A DNA stretch of 64,000 bases from Candidatus Bathyarchaeia archaeon (lineage in GTDB: Archaea > Thermoproteota > Bathyarchaeia > Bathyarchaeales > Bathycorpusculaceae). The notes under the pieces are model-generated. The model made no database searches and was not told where the DNA came from. It saw only the letters and a list, made by a program, of their open reading frames with translations. The DNA lies in contig JBEKHN010000003.1 of the NCBI GenBank assembly GCA_050012255.1, positions 96,001-160,000 of the forward strand. The letters run 5' to 3'. A program made the translations under genes and the position numbers. Below, one piece after another: positions 57,661 to 64,000 of this stretch (positions are counted from its first letter, which is position 1; each line of letters begins with the position of its first letter).

Positions 57661-58068
57661 GTGTCTGTGAAGAACATGATGTTTGTCCACACGAGCATCA
57701 GAACGAGCGATATGGACAGGTCCATCGACTTCTACACCAGGCTGCTGGGGCTCAAACTCGTGGGTCGACACGAAATACCGCAAAACAACGCTGAAATCGC
57801 ATTTCTGCAGGACCCAGATGAAAAAGGAGCAAAGCTTGAACTGACCTTCTACAGGAAACAGAAGAAGTTCGTCCAACCCAACTACGAAGACCGACTGTTC
57901 GACCACATCGCCTTCGAGATCAAAGACATGAAACAAACCATATCCAACATGCGAAAGAACAAGGTCACAGTCACAGACGAACCCTTCAAACTCGGCCCAA
58001 CCGGCCCCTTGATAGCATTCATAGAGGACCCTGACGGCACACTGATCGAACTCATCGAAAGAAAGTAG
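57661..58068 (+). CDS. VOC/glyoxalase family protein (lactoylglutathione lyase-like)
   Basis: HTSIR, SIDFYT.LLG, LELT, HIAF, FIEDPDG.LIEL. Confidence 0.9.
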   Translation: MSVKNMMFVHTSIRTSDMDRSIDFYTRLLGLKLVGRHEIPQNNAEIAFLQDPDEKGAKLELTFYRKQKKFVQPNYEDRLFDHIAFEIKDMKQTISNMRKNKVTVTDEPFKLGPTGPLIAFIEDPDGTLIELIERK

Positions 58069-58457
58069 CTCATCACCAGTCCAGCCAAACCCGCACCCTT
58101 GAGTGACCAGCCAAAACGCGCCAAAAAATGAGGGCGCGCGATGTCTCATGTGAATGCCCGAAGTGAGGACTGGCACCCTAGGGCCAAGGGAAACGCGTTC
58201 GGGCAGGCTGTGATCAGAGAGATAAAAACAGAAAACGCTTTGACAGCGTAGTGCATTGAAAAGTCACGACCCTTGCCTAGACCTATGCCGAGCGCTCGAC
58301 GCGTACTCTTCCTCAAGCCCGTACAAATCCACTAGGGCCTTCTCCAGCGCCTACGTGCAGTACTAGTACCCTAGGGGGGAGGGGGAGGGTGGAATAGACG
58401 GGGTGAAAACGCGAATACAGGGATGTAGCGTATGCCACCTGCGCGAAACAGAGCATG

Positions 58458-60332
58458 TTAACCCCTCCGTCGCACGTTGCGCAACGCTTTGTCAACGTCT
58501 TTCAGGCCTAGTTTTGCGAGAATCTCCGATGTGGGTATGCCGTTCTCGTCCCAGCCGACCGCCCTGTAGTATCTTTGCTTGTACTCTTCGACCGCAGCCC
58601 TGTCCGCCTTCTTCCCCTTCTCGGGTCCGGATGGTAAAGGCTCGTAGAACCTCGGCGGGTTATCATCATCGACCCTCGGGTTCCACGTCACGTCAGGCCC
58701 GCCTAGCAGCAGCAGCGTCCTCTGAAGCTGCAGCGTCTTCAAAGCCTTGTTCGTGCACCACTCTTTTTTCGTCAATTTTACACCCGTAACCGCAGAGTAG
58801 AAGTCGAACCGAACTTTCGGCGACCCTGCGAAGCTGTTGAAGCTGCAGAAGACTCCCGAATCGTTGAAAGTCTCCATCAGCTCGCTGTTCCTCTCAAGCG
58901 GCAGTCCCGTCAGCGACGTGTGGTCTCCGCATTGGACTCCGCAAGCGTAGGAGATGATTTCAGGAAAGTCCTTCCCACTGCGGATTCCGTGCGCGCCGAT
59001 GCTTATGCCCTTTGACTGCACAGCGTAGGGCAACAGGTCCTTCTTCTTCATCTTCCCGAGTTTCAACGCCGCGCGGTACGTTCCTTCGGCCAGCACGTCA
59101 CCTATGCCAGTTCGGAAAGCGATCTTCTTGACCAGGGCCGCGAAGGCGTCCGTGTTGCCCCACTTAAGCTCCAAACCGTCCAAGTTCTCTTTCGTCAGTA
59201 TTCCTCTCTGATACAGCTCAGCCGCAAAGCCCATCACGTTGCCCGTCTGTATGCCGCACAGGCCCAGGTCGTCGACGAGCGACGAGAGAAACACGTTCTC
59301 CTCAGGCACGAAGATGCCCAAGTTCGGTCCCAAGTAGGCCTGCATCTCATAGTCAGGGTTGTCGGTTATCGCTCCTTTGTACTTTCCATCCTTCACCACA
59401 GCGAGCTTCAGGCAAGTCGTCGGGCATCCGAAGTCGCCCCAGTACTGCTTCATCCAGAAGCGGTTCTCAAACTTGTCAACGCCGTAGCCCTTCTCATCAT
59501 GCCACTCCTCCTGCCAGTTGCGCACCGGCTCGGAACTCGTTTTCGCTCCGAAATAGTAGCCTCCGCCTCCGGTTCCCCAGCGCCTCCACATCTCCCCCTC
59601 GTACACATCGTTGCACAAGCTCTTGATCAGCCTCTTCACTCTGCCGATGTCAGCGGCTTCCGGCAGTGGACCCGTCCCTCTGACGGCGACTGCCTTGAGC
59701 TTCTTGGAACCCATAACCGCTCCGTAACCGCCGTAACCCGCAGCGTGCGACCATTTCGTCATCACAACGGCGGTTCGCACTTTGTTCTCGCCGGCTGGAC
59801 CAACATACAGCATCGCAGGTTCCTTCCACTCGCCGAACCGGGGATAACGCTCATTCAGAAGCTGCCTACCTTCCTTGGTCAGCACGGTGACCGTCTGCTT
59901 CCCATCCTTACCCCAAACGTGGCTGGCGTCTCGAAGCTCAACGTCTGAATCCTTAATGAACAGGTAAACCGGCTTCGCTGATTCACCGCTGACGATCACG
60001 CCGTCAAAACCTGCACACCTCAACTCAACCCCAAACTCCCCCGAAAGCGTCGAGCCAACAACCCCGTTGCTCTGCGGAGACTTACCAGACACACACGTTC
60101 TGCCTCCAGGAAAATACCCAGTCAGCGGCCCAGTCAAGAGTAACAACAGATTATCGGGTCCTAAAGGGTCCACCCTTTCCCATCTGTCGCCTAACCTGTC
60201 CCACAGGATCTTCGAGGCTAACCCCCTGCCACCAACATAATCTCCCAAAATCTCGTCGCTGAACCTTGTTTCCTTGATAGTCTGCGTTGAAAGGTCCACG
60301 TCAAGAAACTTTCCAGCATACCCCAGAATCAC
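58458..60332 (-). CDS. aor: Tungsten aldehyde:ferredoxin oxidoreductase family protein
   Basis: GGRGLA, TGPLTG, KSPQ, GPAGEN, GAVMGSKKLKAV, PDYE, DDLG. Confidence 0.93.
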   Translation of the reverse strand: MILGYAGKFLDVDLSTQTIKETRFSDEILGDYVGGRGLASKILWDRLGDRWERVDPLGPDNLLLLLTGPLTGYFPGGRTCVSGKSPQSNGVVGSTLSGEFGVELRCAGFDGVIVSGESAKPVYLFIKDSDVELRDASHVWGKDGKQTVTVLTKEGRQLLNERYPRFGEWKEPAMLYVGPAGENKVRTAVVMTKWSHAAGYGGYGAVMGSKKLKAVAVRGTGPLPEAADIGRVKRLIKSLCNDVYEGEMWRRWGTGGGGYYFGAKTSSEPVRNWQEEWHDEKGYGVDKFENRFWMKQYWGDFGCPTTCLKLAVVKDGKYKGAITDNPDYEMQAYLGPNLGIFVPEENVFLSSLVDDLGLCGIQTGNVMGFAAELYQRGILTKENLDGLELKWGNTDAFAALVKKIAFRTGIGDVLAEGTYRAALKLGKMKKKDLLPYAVQSKGISIGAHGIRSGKDFPEIISYACGVQCGDHTSLTGLPLERNSELMETFNDSGVFCSFNSFAGSPKVRFDFYSAVTGVKLTKKEWCTNKALKTLQLQRTLLLLGGPDVTWNPRVDDDNPPRFYEPLPSGPEKGKKADRAAVEEYKQRYYRAVGWDENGIPTSEILAKLGLKDVDKALRNVRRRG

Positions 60333-60925
60333 AGGTATTCATCCCCCTTCTCACCGTAGATCTTGGCCGCCAAATCCCGCGTCACTTCCTCCGGCTTCCG
60401 CGCATAAAGCTTGTAAGAAGTTTCGTCCCGCCTGGAAACAGTCCTCAGCACGTTCCAGCTTCCTTTCCGACAGACCTTCACGCACTGCGGGTCGCCGTTG
60501 CACAGGTCACAGATAACGATGTGCTTCTCTCTCGGGTGCATGTGCGGAATCCTGCCCGGACAAGCATCAATACACTGCCCACAAGCAGTGCACTTCTCAC
60601 TGTCCACTAGAACTGCACCGGTCTTCTTACTCACCCTGAGAGCGTCAACCGGACACGATTCCACACAGGGATAATCCTCACACTGCGCGCAGAAATGCGG
60701 AAACTCCAGTCCAGGAACCAACATGAAGACCCTGATCATAGATGCCTCAGGCCAAACGCGGTTTTCATGGAAAAGTGAGCATGCAATCTCACATTTCCTG
60801 CACCCGCTGCATCTGGACAGTTCTCTTGCTATCCAGACTGGTTCTCTTTTAGGCTTCAACTGTGAACCTCTCAAAAGACTTGTAGATTTTCGTAGGACAC
60901 GCCTTGATTTAAACGTGATGCTCAA
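60329..60925 (-). CDS. 4Fe-4S dicluster electron-transfer subunit (AorA/DmsB-like)
   Basis: CSGCRKC, CAQC..CVESCP, CTACGQCIDACP, CDLC...CVKVC; true start probably near LKPKREP. Confidence 0.9.
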   Translation of the reverse strand: MSITFKSRRVLRKSTSLLRGSQLKPKREPVWIARELSRCSGCRKCEIACSLFHENRVWPEASMIRVFMLVPGLEFPHFCAQCEDYPCVESCPVDALRVSKKTGAVLVDSEKCTACGQCIDACPGRIPHMHPREKHIVICDLCNGDPQCVKVCRKGSWNVLRTVSRRDETSYKLYARKPEEVTRDLAAKIYGEKGDEYL

Positions 60926-61116
60926 CGGGCGGCTATACAGGCGTCGTTCATACGAGATCAGAAAGAGGGTTTGCGGTTGCTTTATTAGTTTCAGCTGCTA
61001 ACAGAGGCTTCGAAGGGTTCAAACCTGTGGTCTGTTGAAGCTTTCCTCGGCATTCTTCTAAATTCTTTCTCACTAAACATCGACGAAGAAGGTACTCAGA
61101 AGAAAAGCCAGTTCAG

Positions 61117-62415
61117 GTGAGCAGGTTGAGGGTGATAGCTGACCTACACATTCACAGTCGTTACAGTCGCGCGACCAGCGAAAGAATGTGCGTCGAGGAG
61201 ATATCTCGTTTTGCCAGGGTCAAAGGCTTGAACATCATCGGCACAGGAGACTTTACGCACCCAAAGTGGTTTGAAGAACTGAATCAAAATCTCGTTCCAG
61301 AGCCGGAAACAAGCCTGTACAAACTTGCAAACAACGCAGAGTCACCGATTCGTTTCATGATGACAACCGAAGTCAGCACGGTCTTCACGCACAAGAACGA
61401 GACAAAAAAGGTTCACCACGTCATCCTAACTCCAACCTTACAAACCGCCGCCCAGATAAACGACAGAGTGTCAAAGTGGGGAAACCTGCGGACAGACGGC
61501 AGACCAACGTTGAACGTTGACCCAGCCGCCTTGGTTGAACAAGTGATGGAAGTTTCCAGTGACAACATGGTCTTTCCAGCCCACGCTTGGACACCTTGGT
61601 TCAGCATCTTCGGTGCCTTTAGCGGCTTCGACAGCGTTGAAGAATGCTATCAAGACATGACTAAGCATATTCACGCTTTGGAAACTGGTCTTTCATCAGA
61701 CCCGCCTATGAACTGGCGATTGAGTAGGCTCGACAGGTTCACGCTGGTCTCAAACAGCGACAGCCACAGCTTTTGGCCATGGCGGATCGGCAGAGAAGCC
61801 AACGTCTTTGAACTGGAAAGGCCGAGCTACAGCGGAGTAACCGAAGCTATTCGGTTGAAGGACAAGCGGCACTTCAAGTTTACGATCGAAACAGACCCCG
61901 CGTACGGAAAGTACCATTGGACAGGACACAGAAACTGCCACGTGGCGCTCTCGGCGCGGGAGGCTATAAAGTTTGCGAACGTTTGTCCAGTCTGCCGCAG
62001 ACAACTCACAAAGGGCGTTGAGCAGAGAGTCGAGGAACTCGCTGACAGGCCGGAGGGTTTTCAACCTGACGGCGCGATCGGTTTCATGCGTCTGCTTCCG
62101 CTCTCGGAGATCATCGCAACAGTGTTGGGAACAGATTCACCCTACACGCAGAAGGTTTGGAACATCTATAACCCGCTCGTTGAAAAGTTCGGCGATGAGT
62201 ACGCGGTTCTGATCGGCGCTTCGAAAGAAGAACTCGGCGCGGTCGCCGGCGGAGAAGTTGCCGAGGCGGTGATCAAGGTTCGAGAGGGAAAGGCTAAGGT
62301 TGTGCCAGGCTACGACGGCGTCTACGGGCAACTGATAATCTCGAACGAGTCTCAAACGGAGCAGGTTGTTCCGAGAAGAGTTCAACAGTTGAACCTTACA
62401 GACTTCACTCTGTAG
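61117..62415 (+). CDS. Endonuclease Q family (PHP + Zn finger)
   Basis: DLHIHSRYSRATS, GTGD, PAHAWTP, ETGLSSD, NSDSHS, GKYH, CPVC, PGYDGVYG; C-terminal PIP-like QLNLTDF. Confidence 0.92.
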   Translation: MSRLRVIADLHIHSRYSRATSERMCVEEISRFARVKGLNIIGTGDFTHPKWFEELNQNLVPEPETSLYKLANNAESPIRFMMTTEVSTVFTHKNETKKVHHVILTPTLQTAAQINDRVSKWGNLRTDGRPTLNVDPAALVEQVMEVSSDNMVFPAHAWTPWFSIFGAFSGFDSVEECYQDMTKHIHALETGLSSDPPMNWRLSRLDRFTLVSNSDSHSFWPWRIGREANVFELERPSYSGVTEAIRLKDKRHFKFTIETDPAYGKYHWTGHRNCHVALSAREAIKFANVCPVCRRQLTKGVEQRVEELADRPEGFQPDGAIGFMRLLPLSEIIATVLGTDSPYTQKVWNIYNPLVEKFGDEYAVLIGASKEELGAVAGGEVAEAVIKVREGKAKVVPGYDGVYGQLIISNESQTEQVVPRRVQQLNLTDFTL

Positions 62416-62507
62416 CCTCCGGTTCGTGCTTTTTCTGTACATCTGTTGTTCAAGTCTACGGCAAGCCTTATTTAGTCGCAAGAGACCCGATATTGCGGGT
62501 AACCCAA

Positions 62508-62846
62508 ATGCAGACCCTAACGCAGCAAACGGACGCAAGGGACGACAAAGTCTCAAAAATCATCGAAAGAGTCCTGACTCAGATATTTGGGAAAGAGGCT
62601 ACTCATCTGATCTATAAGCACTTAGAACGCAGGTACTCGGTCAGGCGCAATGAGGTGAGTGAGAAGCTTGAGCTCTTTGCCGAAGGTCTTGAGGACTTTT
62701 TGAAATCTGGCGCCTACGTCATCGAAAGAAAGATTCTTGAGGATGTCTGGTCGACTTACGGTCTGGTCCAGAAGTCACATCTGGAGAAGCATGGAAAAGG
62801 AGCATGCTTCGTCAGTGAGATGAAGCAGCTTTTAAGGGAAGCATAG
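62508..62846 (+). CDS. Small archaeal DUF3227-like protein
   Basis: IERVLTQIFG...IYKHLE...FAEGLEDFL.SGAYVIE..IL pattern. Confidence 0.65.
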   Translation: MQTLTQQTDARDDKVSKIIERVLTQIFGKEATHLIYKHLERRYSVRRNEVSEKLELFAEGLEDFLKSGAYVIERKILEDVWSTYGLVQKSHLEKHGKGACFVSEMKQLLREA

Positions 62847-63263
62847 TTACATTTCTGTTTCGCATCATCACTTTTCTGAACAAGTGCTGAATCCGTTTTT
62901 CATTCGTGGACAGTCCGAGACCATTAGGACTTCTCTAAGTTTTGAACGATCCTTTTCCTGAATGGTGTTTCCACAGTTTGCGAGCGTACGGTGTTGTGAA
63001 ACAGCGTGAGGCGCTGTGCGCGCTGTCGAGTCCTAGGCAGATAGTTTTTTATGCACGCGCGCTCGCTAAGAAATGGACATACGATGCAACCGTCTTCTTC
63101 TTCACAATTGCCATGATTCTGCTGGTTGTCATAGGGCTAAGGCCATCTTTTGGTTAGTTCGATTGGGTCAAAATACTTAACAGTGTCGTTTTGCAGAAAG
63201 CCTTAAAGTCATCGGAAAACAAATAACTCGGACCTTATTTAGAGCATGTAGAAGGCGCGAGGA

Positions 63264-64000
63264 TTGAAGACTCAAGCAGTCAAGGCAAAGCTACGGGAGT
63301 ATAACACGCCTCGCAGAGTAGTCCAGCTGCTATCGTTCTTGTTCTTCAGCACGATAATCTTCAACCTAGGCGTGCTTCCACTCTTGCTTCCAGTGCTCTG
63401 GACAGGGGGGTTAATAGCCGGAAAAGGGAGCACGGTGGGTGACTCTTTCACGGCCATACAGCTCTTGTTCAGTGGATGGAGCCTTGCTTACTCCGTTTTT
63501 CCATGGCTTGCACTGGCTTCATTTCTGATAGTCGGTGTGCTGATTGGAAGGTCGCTGTGTGGCTGGGTGTGCCCTTTCGGTTTTGTTCAGGACCTAACAG
63601 GCTTCATTCGTCGGAAGCAGATTGATCTGTCGTCTAGAACGCATGACAGCATGGTTTACACAAAATACTTCGTTCTGGCCATCGCGTTGCTGATTCCCGT
63701 TACGTTTTCAGCAATGAGTACGGTGGGCGCAAGTCTGGCTTACCAAAGTACATTCGGTATCTTTGCGCAAGCTCCGTTCACCGCTGTCAGTCCTTCGGAG
63801 ACTCTGTTTTCAATCGTGCCGAAAACGATCCAGAGTTTTCACTTTTCAGGTCTTCAGAACCTGGGCTCAGACTTTCTGTACGGGCTCTCGATTCTGCCTC
63901 CGCTCTTCTGGGTTCAATTTGCGATTATGATTATTGTTCTTATTTTTGCGGTTTACGTTCCGCGAAGCTGGTGCAGGTACTTCTGTCCACACGGGGCCTT
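63264..64000 (+). CDS. Membrane polyferredoxin (NapH/MauN-like 4Fe-4S binding protein), 3'-truncated by window edge
   Basis: Read manually from TTG 63264: RRVVQ, GRSLCGWVCPFG, TKY, PRSWCRYFCPHG with TM helices; absent from the ORF track because it has no stop. Confidence 0.9.
   Translation, partial: MKTQAVKAKLREYNTPRRVVQLLSFLFFSTIIFNLGVLPLLLPVLWTGGLIAGKGSTVGDSFTAIQLLFSGWSLAYSVFPWLALASFLIVGVLIGRSLCGWVCPFGFVQDLTGFIRRKQIDLSSRTHDSMVYTKYFVLAIALLIPVTFSAMSTVGASLAYQSTFGIFAQAPFTAVSPSETLFSIVPKTIQSFHFSGLQNLGSDFLYGLSILPPLFWVQFAIMIIVLIFAVYVPRSWCRYFCPHGA

Noticed and set aside
58150-58225. Hammerhead ribozyme or SECIS element
   Set aside because: Lacks the CUGANGA core; no in-frame UGA selenoprotein candidate nearby
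61005-61030. tRNA-like T-loop fragment GGTTCAAACC
   Set aside because: No supporting stems or acceptor arm
62942-63157. Small membrane protein ORF
   Set aside because: Has a hydrophobic C-terminus but no convincing start or family; left uncalled
54887-64000. Integrated element at tRNA-Val
   Set aside because: No duplicated tRNA 3' end or integrase seen; downstream genes are metabolic

Overview
Archaeal chromosomal segment, most likely Bathyarchaeia/TACK. This taxonomy is inferred from a two-intron tRNA with BHB motifs, Hel308, EndoQ, deoxyhypusine synthase, a ribophorin-I-like protein and heavy TTG/GTG start usage. The 1-26.5 kb region is core-like: ABC-2 exporter, HDAC, argS, two convergent deoxyhypusine-synthase paralogues, MDH, an RLAN/RimK/GCS2 peptide-ligase cluster, tRNA-Arg(CCG), glycogen-type GT4, a ribophorin I homologue, ferredoxin, a glutaminase-dead AsnB, purB, hel308 and an iscS*-iscU-sufS-orf operon. 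The 26.7-54.8 kb region is a large, partly AT-richer surface-glycan cluster ending at tRNA-Val(TAC). It holds two flippases, five GT4s, a C5-epimerase, ugd, galU, a WbpB/E/D-like set and gene relics. The 55-64 kb region has an MBL hydrolase, radical SAM, glyoxalase, AOR with its Fe-S subunit, EndoQ and a membrane polyferredoxin. No CRISPR array, transposase or integrase was seen. Best leads: (i) an Fe-S operon whose IscS has lost substrate/PLP-site residues but kept its Cys, coupled to IscU, an intact SufS and a small single-Cys protein; (ii) an unexplained ~175-nt structured intergenic RNA candidate with a K-loop and pseudoknot; (iii) a ribophorin I homologue; (iv) the DHS pair; (v) the RLAN-RimK-GCS2 ligase system, whose GCS2 gene appears to start at ACG. 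All product calls come from motif recognition by eye, not database searches.
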